This document shows positions 6,871 to 14,966 of a stretch of DNA of 32,000 nucleotides, in pieces. Each line of letters opens with the position of its first letter. Position 1 is the first letter of the stretch. The DNA lies in NCBI RefSeq assembly GCF_000022265.1, contig NC_011979.1:150001-182000 (forward strand), read 5' to 3'. The notes beneath the pieces are model-generated. The model was given only the letters and a program-made list of their open reading frames with translations. It was not told the origin of the DNA and ran no database searches. The DNA is from Geotalea daltonii FRC-32 (GTDB lineage Bacteria > Desulfobacterota > Desulfuromonadia > Geobacterales > Geobacteraceae). A program made the translations under genes and the position numbers.

Positions 6871-8190
6871 CTATATCTTCTTCTCAGGTTCGATCAATAT
6901 GCCGTCGATCTCCAAGTCGATTTTCAAGCGCTTGATCGCATCTTTGGCGGCAGAGATATCGTCAAAGGGACCGGCGATTACCCGGTGACCATCGCTCTTT
7001 GATAACACCCGTGCCGGGATCGGTGGCCCCTGGTGGTTGATAATGGCGGCAATTCTCAGAGCTTCGATTTCATCCCGCATTTTAGCAGCCAGGACATACC
7101 ACGCATCCGATTTCAGTCCGGGTACTTCCGGCTTGCCATATAATTTTACCGGATGTTCAACCTCTATCGGTTTCCCTGCCTCCTCTCCATCCTCTTGACT
7201 CATCTCGATGGGAACGGGAATCCCCCGGGCCTCGACCTGTACATTCTTGATTTTTTTCCAGTCAAGGGTGCGTGCCCCTCTCTTTTCTATGGATTTCAGT
7301 TTCGCATAGATCTTTTCCAATTCAAGAGCGCCCGAGCCTTCCTGGGGCTTATGGGCTTCCAGGTAAAGGACGCCGTTATCCTGACCGAGGAGATAGGGCT
7401 GGTTGACAATGACAACCGGTGTCTTGAGCGGGGTGTCGTCGTAGAGCATCTTCACGTTTTCCGGATAGAGTCTCAGGCAGCCATTGGATGCATTAAGACC
7501 GATGCTGGCCGGTTTATTGGTGCCGTGAATCAGGTAACTGGGTTTACTCAAATAGAGCGCGCATTCTCCCAGGGGGTTGAGAGGTCCGGGCGGAACACGG
7601 GCGGGCAGAGGATCTCCTTTTTTTCGATGATCCTCTGCTATTGAAGCAGGCACATACCAGGTCGGCCGGCTTACCTTGCGCTGCACGAACATCTGACCCA
7701 TGGGGGTAGGACGCTCTTTGGTCCCGATACCGACCGGGTAGGTTGTCACCACCAGTGCGTTGTTGTCCCCCTTGTAGTGGAAGAGTCTCATGGTGGCCAA
7801 ATTGACGACGATGCCCTTGCGGGGAGCGTCTGGCAGGATGAACCGCAACGGCAGAATTACCTGCTCCCCTGCCTTGGGCACCCATATGTCCACCCCCGGA
7901 TTGGCGGCACTGATTGCCGTGACTCCCAAGCTGAAGTGCCGTGCCACATCCGGCAGGGTATCCCCCTCGTCAAGCTCCATGACACCCAACCGGCCAATGA
8001 CGTCGTCGCCCAGGACAACGCGAAACCTGTTCTTTTCCACCTCCTTTGCAAATTGACCCGGAAAGGTGGATGGCCCCTCCTGGGCCCTTTGCATGGCAAC
8101 GCATCCATTGAGAGATAGGATGACCATGCACAGGGCCATCAGGCGAAGCGGGAAATTGGATGAAAATGACAGGTCAACGGTTAGGCACAT
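6871..8190 (-). CDS. L,D-transpeptidase with LysM, YkuD and C-terminal SPOR-like domains (ErfK/YcfS-like)
   Basis: 439-aa ORF. N-terminal LRLMALCMVILSLNGC signal/lipobox. LysM: DTLPDVARHFSLGVTAISAANPGVDIWVPKAGEQVILP. YkuD: YPVGIGTKERPTPMG...PLGECALYLSKPSYLIHGTNKPASIGLNASNGCLRL. SPOR-like tail: WYVLAAKMRDEIEALRIAAII...HRVIAGPFDDISAAKDAIKRLK. Confidence 0.85.
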   Translation of the reverse strand: MCLTVDLSFSSNFPLRLMALCMVILSLNGCVAMQRAQEGPSTFPGQFAKEVEKNRFRVVLGDDVIGRLGVMELDEGDTLPDVARHFSLGVTAISAANPGVDIWVPKAGEQVILPLRFILPDAPRKGIVVNLATMRLFHYKGDNNALVVTTYPVGIGTKERPTPMGQMFVQRKVSRPTWYVPASIAEDHRKKGDPLPARVPPGPLNPLGECALYLSKPSYLIHGTNKPASIGLNASNGCLRLYPENVKMLYDDTPLKTPVVIVNQPYLLGQDNGVLYLEAHKPQEGSGALELEKIYAKLKSIEKRGARTLDWKKIKNVQVEARGIPVPIEMSQEDGEEAGKPIEVEHPVKLYGKPEVPGLKSDAWYVLAAKMRDEIEALRIAAIINHQGPPIPARVLSKSDGHRVIAGPFDDISAAKDAIKRLKIDLEIDGILIEPEKKI

Positions 8191-8228
8191 GGGTTAAATG
8201 AGGCACCTTTCAACAATGTTTAGACCAC

Positions 8229-8274
8229 AAAAAAGCCGGGACCTAATATCTTGTGATATTTCGGCAACCCGGCT
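8229..8274 (-). terminator. orphan minus-strand intrinsic terminator
   Basis: The minus strand reads AGCCGGG..AAATATC-ACAA-GATATT..CCCGGCT followed by TTTTTTG. No annotated minus-strand gene lies upstream of it (8275-8759). Confidence 0.45.
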
Positions 8275-8530
8275 GTCTCAGTAAGACCCTATAGGCTTTC
8301 CGCCCCATTCTTGCAAATGGTTGAGTATTATCGTCTATCTTTCGAATAATTTCCGGCATTGCTACCATTTCTGTGCGCCGGTGTCAATGTTTTTTAAATT
8401 TATGCTGCCAGCGACGGTGCGTCGGCAAATGACACCAATGGAAGGGCGAATGGATCAGGATTGGTTGAGGAGGGAAAGGAGAATGACTCCTAGCGCCTTC
8501 TAATAAAAAGCGGTATACTCTTGTCCCATG

Positions 8531-8697
8531 CCAGAAGTCTGTCGGACTTAGAATGAATCGGCTGCGAAAATGGCAAATCGGTCCGGATCTCCGTAAATTT
8601 TCGACAAATAGGTCCACTATTCGCTCTCAAATTTCCAAATATCCGTCCTCGATTTTCCATTCTCTCGCTTCGATCCCTAAGTCCGACAGACTCCTGG
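8531..8697. mobile_element. 167-bp foldback (MITE-like) element with perfect 16-bp terminal inverted repeats
   Basis: AGTCTGTCGGACTTAG (8536-8551) pairs with CTAAGTCCGACAGACT (8677-8692), extendable to CCAGnAGTCTG.... The interior halves are also imperfectly complementary (AATGGCAAATCGG..CGGAT..AAATTT..ATAG against the reverse complement of the right half). There is no coding capacity. Confidence 0.55.
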
Positions 8698-8759
8698 GAG
8701 GACCGGGAAAGAGATATTGAGACTTGATCACCCTCCGTGGGAAATAAGGATGCCAGCCA

Positions 8760-10700
8760 ATGGGAAGGAAAATCCTCGACGATTTTTTGAAAAGGATCGG
8801 AAGCAAACACCGCCTTGAAGATGAGACGTCACAGCAGAGCTTTGCCCTGCTGCAGGTCGTTTTCAATGAGGCTTTCCAGCTGATGGGGCTTCTGAAGCCG
8901 GACGGAACGTTGATCAAGATCAACAAGACTGCGCATCGTTCCATCACGGGTCATGAATCGGAGGTGATCGGCAAGCCCTTCTGGGAAACCCCTTGGTGGG
9001 TCCATTCTTCCATTGAGCAGGAACGTTTGCGCCAGGCCGTCAGGGATGCGGCTCGCGGTGAGTTCGTCCGCTTCGAAACGACCCATATGACCGGCGATGG
9101 TCAAATGATTTTTGTGGATTTTTCCCTGAAACCGGTTAAGGACCAAAAGGGGAACGTGGTGCTGCTCGTTCCCGAGGGGCGGGATATCTCTGAGCGGAGG
9201 CGGGCGGAGCAGGCCTTGCGGGATGTTGCGATGAAGTACCGGATCGTTGCCGACAATACCTATAACTGGGAGTTCTGGCTGGCTCCCGACGGTCGGTTTC
9301 TCTACACATCTCCTTCCTGCCTGCGCATCAGCGGTCATCGTGCCGAGGAATTCATCGCCGATGCCGATTTGTTGATCAGGATTTTACATCCGGATGACCG
9401 GCAAATGTGGCTCAATCATCGTCACGATATTGCAAAAAACAAGGCGTTGAGCGATGTGGAGCTCCGCATGGTACGTCCGGACGGCGATATCCGCTGGGTC
9501 CATCATATCTGTCTCCCGGTTTTCGCCGACAATGAAGAATACCTGGGGGTGCGCGGCAGCTTTTCCGACATTACGAACCGCAGGCTTGCCGAGGAAAAGA
9601 ACGAGCGGCTGGCAGGCATCGTCGAAGCTTCCGACGATGCCGTGATCGGCAAAACGGTGGATGGCATCATCACCAGTTGGAACAAGGGCGCCGCAAAGAT
9701 CTTTGGTTATTCCGAGAGCGAAGTTCGCGGCCAACCGGTTACCATGCTTGTCCCTCCCGAAAATGCAGCCCAGCTTCTCCATGTCCATGACCGGGTCAGA
9801 CAGGGGGAGCATATAGAACATTTCGAGATCGTCAGTAGAAGGAAAGATGGGACCCTGATCAACATGTCCGTTACTTATTCGCCGGTCAGGGATGCCCTGG
9901 GAAAGGTGATAGCCGTATCGACCATCGGCCGGGACATAACCGAACAGAAGAAGGCAGCGGCCGCCATGGTGGAAAACGCCATGATAAACAGGGAGCTGGA
10001 CATAGCGAAACAGATCCAGCAATCCTTCCTCCCCGAGTGCCCGTCATCACTTCCGGGGATGCTCATGACCTGCTGCTGTATTCCTGCAGCGCAGGTGGGG
10101 GGCGATTACTATGATTTTTTTGCCCTTGATGAGAGCATTATCGATGCCGTCATCGCCGATGTCACGGGGCACAGTATCGGATCTTCGCTGTTGATGAGCG
10201 TCACGCGCAGCGTGCTTCACGCCAAGGTGAATCTCAGCCGGTCCCCACGGGACCTTCTCGCAGCGGTAAATGAGTTGCTCTACGATGACCTTTCACGGAC
10301 AGAGTTGCTCATCAGCATGTTCTATGTGCGGATTGACACCCAGAGATCCACCCTGGCCTACGCCAATGCAGGACACAACCATCCCTTTCTCTATCGCTGC
10401 AGACAGCGCGCGTTTATCGATCTGGATGCCGATGGTCTGGTCATGGGGGTTAGAAAGACTGTCTGTTTTGATGAAAAGGAGACGGTGCTGGAGCCGGGGG
10501 ATATTCTGGTTCTTTATACCGATGGCGTCATCGAGGCGGAGAACGCAGAGGGTGAACAATTCGGCACTGATCGGCTCTGCCGCGTTATCGAGAGCCATTG
10601 CGGCCTGCATCCAAAAGAGATTATGGGGGCGGTACTGCAGGAGTCGATGCTTTTCAAGCGTACGGACGACGTCACCATGATCATCTTCAAAATTGTTTAG
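8760..10700 (+). CDS. multi-PAS sensor fused to a PP2C/SpoIIE-type serine phosphatase (RsbU-like)
   Basis: 646-aa ORF with three PAS-like repeats (..GKPFWETPWW.., ..LHPDDRQMW.., ..SWNKGAAKIFGYSESEVRGQPV..). The C-terminus IQQSFLP...VGGDYYDFF...ADVTGHSIGSSLLMS...NAGHNHPFL...LVLYTDGVIEA is a typical SpoIIE domain. Confidence 0.85.
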   Translation: MGRKILDDFLKRIGSKHRLEDETSQQSFALLQVVFNEAFQLMGLLKPDGTLIKINKTAHRSITGHESEVIGKPFWETPWWVHSSIEQERLRQAVRDAARGEFVRFETTHMTGDGQMIFVDFSLKPVKDQKGNVVLLVPEGRDISERRRAEQALRDVAMKYRIVADNTYNWEFWLAPDGRFLYTSPSCLRISGHRAEEFIADADLLIRILHPDDRQMWLNHRHDIAKNKALSDVELRMVRPDGDIRWVHHICLPVFADNEEYLGVRGSFSDITNRRLAEEKNERLAGIVEASDDAVIGKTVDGIITSWNKGAAKIFGYSESEVRGQPVTMLVPPENAAQLLHVHDRVRQGEHIEHFEIVSRRKDGTLINMSVTYSPVRDALGKVIAVSTIGRDITEQKKAAAAMVENAMINRELDIAKQIQQSFLPECPSSLPGMLMTCCCIPAAQVGGDYYDFFALDESIIDAVIADVTGHSIGSSLLMSVTRSVLHAKVNLSRSPRDLLAAVNELLYDDLSRTELLISMFYVRIDTQRSTLAYANAGHNHPFLYRCRQRAFIDLDADGLVMGVRKTVCFDEKETVLEPGDILVLYTDGVIEAENAEGEQFGTDRLCRVIESHCGLHPKEIMGAVLQESMLFKRTDDVTMIIFKIV

Positions 10701-10796
10701 ATGAGAAAAAGACAGGGGAAAAAATAGGTGCCCTTCTTGACAGTTTCGACCAAAATGGATCACAGGAGCTTACATGTGCAATGAAGCCCGGCCAGT

Positions 10797-11366
10797 TCAG
10801 GGAGAAAACCCGGCCAGCTTCAACTCTGCCCAAGCCAGGCGGGTGCCTGTTTCGGTGAAGAACCAGCTGTCAATCTGCGACGTGATCCATTGCCTGTACG
10901 GACCCTTCTCCTGACGGAACCGTTCCATGTCTATTGCCAGGCCGGTTGCGGTGCAACGGAAAAGCTTGTCGGCATCCTTGACGATCTTGTCGCTGTCTGA
11001 AATCGCCTGAATGCGGGAATCATGACCGTCGATGATATGGAGAATCTCGATGGTCTTTTGCGGATTATAGTCCAGGCGGCTCAAGATACCCCTCGCCAGT
11101 TTTACCCCTTCCACTTCGTGAATCCGTCGCAGATCCGGATCGAAACCGGGGCCGAACGCTTTCAGTTGCAGCTCTTCCGTGAGCTTTATCCACCCCAGAT
11201 CATGACAGAGTATAGCCGGTATGACAACCTCAGGGTCTCCTGGTTCATCCTCAAGCAACCGCCAGGCAAAACCATGGGAAATCTCCACGTGGATGTCGTT
11301 CTTGCGGGTATTCAGATACGGCTTGGCCAGGGCGTATATTTTTTCGTAGATCGGTAATTTTACCAT
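10797..11366 (-). CDS. HD-domain metal-dependent phosphohydrolase
   Basis: The ORF is open to 11396; the ATG at 11364-11366 (MVKLPIYEKIY...) is the likelier start. Motifs: H..ILCHDLGW, HIIDGHDS, VKDADKL. Confidence 0.7.
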   Translation of the reverse strand: MVKLPIYEKIYALAKPYLNTRKNDIHVEISHGFAWRLLEDEPGDPEVVIPAILCHDLGWIKLTEELQLKAFGPGFDPDLRRIHEVEGVKLARGILSRLDYNPQKTIEILHIIDGHDSRIQAISDSDKIVKDADKLFRCTATGLAIDMERFRQEKGPYRQWITSQIDSWFFTETGTRLAWAELKLAGFSP

Positions 11367-11411
11367 GCACTCACCCGTGATCTGTAATTGCGACAACGGT
11401 TGTTGAGGAAA

Positions 11412-11441
11412 GGTTCCCCCTCAAAGGGATTTTTGAGGGGG
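11412..11441 (-). terminator. 12-bp perfect hairpin (C5/G5 repeat family) downstream of the OMP gene
   Basis: TTCCCCCTCAAA-GGGATT-TTTGAGGGGGAA lies about 50 nt past the OMP stop. The U run is weak (CCTTTCCTC). It has the same style as the hairpins at 27699-27787. Confidence 0.4.
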
Positions 11442-11489
11442 AACGTGGTTCAAATCAGGCCTGACGGGTCCTTTCCTGAAGGCAATTGC

Positions 11490-12422
11490 CTAAAAAGCAT
11501 AGGAAATCTTGAACTGGGTCTGGTTGCCGGTGGCGATGTTGCGGGCGCCATACTCCCAGTACTGCTTGAGGGTCATGGTGAATGGCCCCTGTTTCGGCCA
11601 ATACTTGATCCCGACGCCTATCCCTCCGACCCGGCTTTTATCGCTGGTTTTAGAGACACCGTTCACTTCATCTTCGGTGGTCTGCCAGTAGTTGTAACCG
11701 ACCAGGCCGCCAGTCAGGCCGTTCTTCAGGCCATAGCCCAATGCCCAGTCCATGTGGAACTCCTGGCCAGGGTCAGTGCTCGTGTCGCTGTTTCTGGTGT
11801 TGAAGTCGTACATTAGCTTGGCAGAGATGTCGAAGCCTTCCTTCAGGTAAGAGACGGCCAGAACCGGTTCGAAGGTCCAGATGTTCTTGGAGAGGAGGGT
11901 GGTGGCAGGCCGATCCTTGTCATAATTGCCGGTAGGTGCCCACATATCCAGGGCAAAAACCGCGTGGAGCTCCGGACTGAAGTGCCAGCCGAGGACCAGG
12001 GGACTGAAGATGATGTCGCCAATCCCCTTGTCCCTGGAATCAAAATTGAGTGGAGGGATGGCTGCCGAGTCACTCTTGATGTCGGCACTGTAAAAGGGGA
12101 GAAATGCCTGGGCACCCCAACTGGCTCCCAACACTTTATAAGGGCTCACGTAGATGAGGCGTGGTACCTCGGCCACCACGTCGGCCTTGAAATTGGCGGG
12201 CAGGCCGTTCCCCGAATTGTCCCTGAGGCTGCTCTTCTGGGCCAGGATCAGGTAGTTGACCAGATATACACCGGGGGGAGGGAGTGCCCCCACGGCAAAG
12301 TCCTCGACTCCATTGGGGTAGTGCTGTCCACCTCCTGCCCAGCACGGGCCGGCGTACAGCAGAGAAAAAACGGCAAGAAATCTGAGCATGTGGAAAACGT
12401 GTTTATATGCTGATGCCATCAT
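11490..12422 (-). CDS. outer-membrane beta-barrel of the 'MetA-pathway of phenol degradation' transporter family
   Basis: The ATG at 12420-12422 follows AAGAGGA. Signal peptide MMASAYKHVFHMLRFLAVFSLLYAGPCWA. Family-like HYPNGVEDFAVGALPPPGVY block. Alternating beta-strand pattern with a C-terminal ...KISYAF (terminal Phe). Confidence 0.75.
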   Translation of the reverse strand: MMASAYKHVFHMLRFLAVFSLLYAGPCWAGGGQHYPNGVEDFAVGALPPPGVYLVNYLILAQKSSLRDNSGNGLPANFKADVVAEVPRLIYVSPYKVLGASWGAQAFLPFYSADIKSDSAAIPPLNFDSRDKGIGDIIFSPLVLGWHFSPELHAVFALDMWAPTGNYDKDRPATTLLSKNIWTFEPVLAVSYLKEGFDISAKLMYDFNTRNSDTSTDPGQEFHMDWALGYGLKNGLTGGLVGYNYWQTTEDEVNGVSKTSDKSRVGGIGVGIKYWPKQGPFTMTLKQYWEYGARNIATGNQTQFKISYAF

Positions 12423-12482
12423 TGTAGTCCTCTTGATTGATATTGCGCCTGGTTGAATAGTGCATTTGCTCAAATAGCAGTC

Positions 12483-13088
12483 TCACGTGGCGATTCGCAG
12501 TGTTTCCCTCAGTTGTTCCTTTCGGTCATGCCCGTTCCAGCGCGTGAAAAGGTTATGCTCGATGCCCACCTGGTCCAGGGCCTTGCCGATGCTCTGATGG
12601 ATGATGTCCATGATCGACTCGGGCTTGTGGTAGAACGCCGGCATCGGCGGCAGTAGTATTGCCCCGCAGTCGGCAGCGCGCGACATGAGGTCCAGGTGTC
12701 CCTTGTGCAATGGAGTTTCACGCACCATCAGCACCAGCGGTCGCCGCTCCTTGAGGGTAACGTCGGCGGCCCGCACCACCAGGTTATAGGTGAAGGAGTT
12801 GGCGATGGAAGAAAGGGTTTTTACCGTGCAGGGGGCGACGATCATGCCGCTGGTGCGGAACGAACCGCTGGCTACCGAGGCGCCGATGTCGTTGTTGTCA
12901 TAGACCACATCCGCCAGGGACTTGACATCCTCAAGTGTGTACGAGGTTTCGATCTCCAGATTCTTGGCCGCCGCGTCACTGACGATCAGGTGGGTTTCCT
13001 GACCGAGGCTTTTCAGCACGCTCAGCATCTCCACCCCATAGATCACGCCTGTTGCGCCGGTGATTGCCACTACCAATGGAAGGCTCAT
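12483..13088 (-). CDS. ubiX: UbiX-type flavin prenyltransferase (prFMN synthase)
   Basis: The ATG at 13086-13088 follows AAGGAG. Sequence: MSLPLVVAITGATGVIYGVEML...LIVSDAA...GMIVAPCTVKTLSSIANS...RPLVLMVRETPLH...LLPPMPAFYHKP. Confidence 0.9.
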   Translation of the reverse strand: MSLPLVVAITGATGVIYGVEMLSVLKSLGQETHLIVSDAAAKNLEIETSYTLEDVKSLADVVYDNNDIGASVASGSFRTSGMIVAPCTVKTLSSIANSFTYNLVVRAADVTLKERRPLVLMVRETPLHKGHLDLMSRAADCGAILLPPMPAFYHKPESIMDIIHQSIGKALDQVGIEHNLFTRWNGHDRKEQLRETLRIAT

Positions 13089-13142
13089 GATATTGCTCCT
13101 TTTTGCATGAATTACCGGCTGGGTCTGGCAATCCGGCAATTC

Positions 13143-13613
13143 CTATTGCGAGGCCTGAACGGAAGTCTGGCGCCGCGGTGCTTTTCCGAGGGTTCCTGCT
13201 TCCAGGCTGCGGCACAGATGGGCGGCCAGCTGGAAGATTTCGGTGGCGGAGATGATCCCCACCACCACGCCATTTTCCATAACCGGAAACTGGGCTACCC
13301 GCAGTTTCTTGCCGTAATCCAGGCAATGCTCCATGGTGTCGTCCGCATTGACCGTCGCCGGATTGCGGACCATGATGTCCCTGACCCTGAGCCGGTTGAT
13401 GAAAAAGCTGACTTCATCCGGGTTCTGGGTACGCGTCACATAGTGCCCCATGCGCATCATGTTGTGACGGGTCACCAGACCGCGCAACTGTCCATTATCC
13501 ACGACCAGCAACGAATTCAGGTTATTGTCGATAAGTACCCGCTTTGCTTCCGAAGCCAGCATGTCGCTGGGAATCGTCAGGGGGTCGTTTTGCATCCAAT
13601 TGCGCACGATCAT
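13143..13613 (-). CDS. stand-alone CBS-pair protein (PpsC-like stimulatory subunit candidate)
   Basis: The ATG at 13611-13613 follows AAGGAGAG. Two CBS repeats: MIVRNWMQNDPLTIPSDMLASEAKRVLIDNNLNSLLVVDNGQLRGLVT and VRDIMVRNPATVNADDTMEHCLDYGKKLRVAQFPVMENGVVVGIIS. Confidence 0.75.
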   Translation of the reverse strand: MIVRNWMQNDPLTIPSDMLASEAKRVLIDNNLNSLLVVDNGQLRGLVTRHNMMRMGHYVTRTQNPDEVSFFINRLRVRDIMVRNPATVNADDTMEHCLDYGKKLRVAQFPVMENGVVVGIISATEIFQLAAHLCRSLEAGTLGKAPRRQTSVQASQ

Positions 13614-13642
13614 CGCACACTCTCCTTTTAAACAGGTTTTGC

Positions 13643-14899
13643 TCACTGGGCCACTGCTCTTGCCGGAGATCCCTCATACAACCGCACGAACTCATCGACG
13701 GCAGCTCGGGCAAATTCCGAGGTGTACAGGTGCAGATCTACCTCTTTGATCCGGTGGGGTTCGGCGACTTTCTCCTTCAGGCGGGCGACAAAGGCGGCAT
13801 CGGCAGCGGGGTCGTAAATGATCCTCCCCTTGATGTCCTGGGATGACCAGCCCTGCAAGGGAATGAGAAAGGTCCATTCTCCCCGAGCCTGGTTGAGCCG
13901 ATCGGCGATGACATCTGCGGCCTGACGCAGCTCCTCGGCGGTGGTACGCACCTGAACCCTCAGGGAGTCCTGCACGTATTGGGGCCGATCCTTCGTCTTC
14001 TCCAGCATATCCGGCCGGCCGCCGTAGGAGAGGATATCCAGACCGCAGGGGGCCAGCACCATGGGAATACCGGCCTCCACGGCTGCCATCAACCGATCGG
14101 GGCCGGGGTCACGGTTGCCATTGAAGAGGTTTTCGACGATGCCGCCGGTACAGATGTCCAGCACCCCGTGAAAGGCGCCGGCGCGGATCATATCCTCCAT
14201 GGCTTTGTCCCCTTTGCCCTGAGCGTGGCAGACAATAGGGGTGAAGCCGGCCTCATTCAGCATGTCGAGGGCGGCCTGCACTGCCATTTCGCCGAAGCCG
14301 AAGGAGGATATGGCAACGCAGGGTTTGTCGAACTGGATGTCCGTGCCCTGGGTCATCTCCACCATGCCGCAGATGGCGCCGACGGCGTTGGTGATCTGGG
14401 CCTTGAGCAGCGGATTCATTTTGACGATGTCGAGCACCGTGTGGTGCATGGTTATGTCGTGGGTACCAACGTATTTGCCAACGTAGACCGGATGCGCCGC
14501 CATGGGGGATGCCATGAGCTTGGGGATGCCAAAGGGCACACCTTTCATGACACTGGTGCCGACCAGGGAGGACGTTCCGCCGCCAACGCCAAATACCCCC
14601 TGGACTTTTCCTGCTTCAAGCATGTCGCCGACGATGGCGCTGGCGCCCCTGATCTGGTTTTCCATGGCGCGGTCCCGATCGGAGCGATAGCATTCCCTCA
14701 CCGCTTCAATGGTCATGCCGCCGCGTTCGGCGACCTCCTCGCAGGTTATGTCCCCTTGGAACGGCGGGGGTTCTTCCATGCTGAAATCGAGGAAATAGGC
14801 CTGGTGCCCCCGCCCTTCGATGAGATGTTTGACAAAGATAATATCCTCACCCCGAGTATCCAGGTTACAGATGATGACGATACCCTTTTTCTGGGCCAT
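13643..14899 (-). CDS. UPF0261 / Tm-1-like ATP-binding domain protein
   Basis: 418-aa ORF with a GGGAGGA RBS. Blocks: IVIICNLDTRGEDIIFVKHLIEGRGHQAYFLDFS, GVFGVGGGTSSLVGTSVM..FGIPKLMAS, VCHAQGKGDKAMEDMI..GVLDICTGGIVENL, GIPMVLAPCGLD. Confidence 0.7.
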   Translation of the reverse strand: MAQKKGIVIICNLDTRGEDIIFVKHLIEGRGHQAYFLDFSMEEPPPFQGDITCEEVAERGGMTIEAVRECYRSDRDRAMENQIRGASAIVGDMLEAGKVQGVFGVGGGTSSLVGTSVMKGVPFGIPKLMASPMAAHPVYVGKYVGTHDITMHHTVLDIVKMNPLLKAQITNAVGAICGMVEMTQGTDIQFDKPCVAISSFGFGEMAVQAALDMLNEAGFTPIVCHAQGKGDKAMEDMIRAGAFHGVLDICTGGIVENLFNGNRDPGPDRLMAAVEAGIPMVLAPCGLDILSYGGRPDMLEKTKDRPQYVQDSLRVQVRTTAEELRQAADVIADRLNQARGEWTFLIPLQGWSSQDIKGRIIYDPAADAAFVARLKEKVAEPHRIKEVDLHLYTSEFARAAVDEFVRLYEGSPARAVAQ

Positions 14900-14929
14900 G
14901 TGTGTGATCCTCCCTTTCGTGCAGATAGG

Positions 14930-14957
14930 GGCAGGCGGCCGTTGCGAGCCGCCTGCC
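14930..14957 (-). other. GC-rich 10-bp perfect intercistronic hairpin between the UbiD and UPF0261 genes
   Basis: GGCAGGCGGC-CGTTGCGA-GCCGCCTGCC. No U run follows on the coding (minus) strand. Confidence 0.5.
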
Positions 14958-14966
14958 GCTGCATGG

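Noticed and set aside
8321-8503. 60-aa ORF ending in a mini-frame ATGACTCCTAGCGCCTTCTAA (MTPSAF) preceded by AAAGGAGA
   Set aside because: The RBS-like string is attractive, but the peptide is 6 aa and the longer ORF has no coding character. There is no attenuator structure tied to it, so I cannot support a leader peptide from sequence alone.
11444-11456. GGTTCAAATC, resembling a tRNA T-arm/loop
   Set aside because: The flanking bases cannot form a T-stem (CGTGG against CAGGC), and no acceptor, D or anticodon arms could be drawn. It is not a tRNA.
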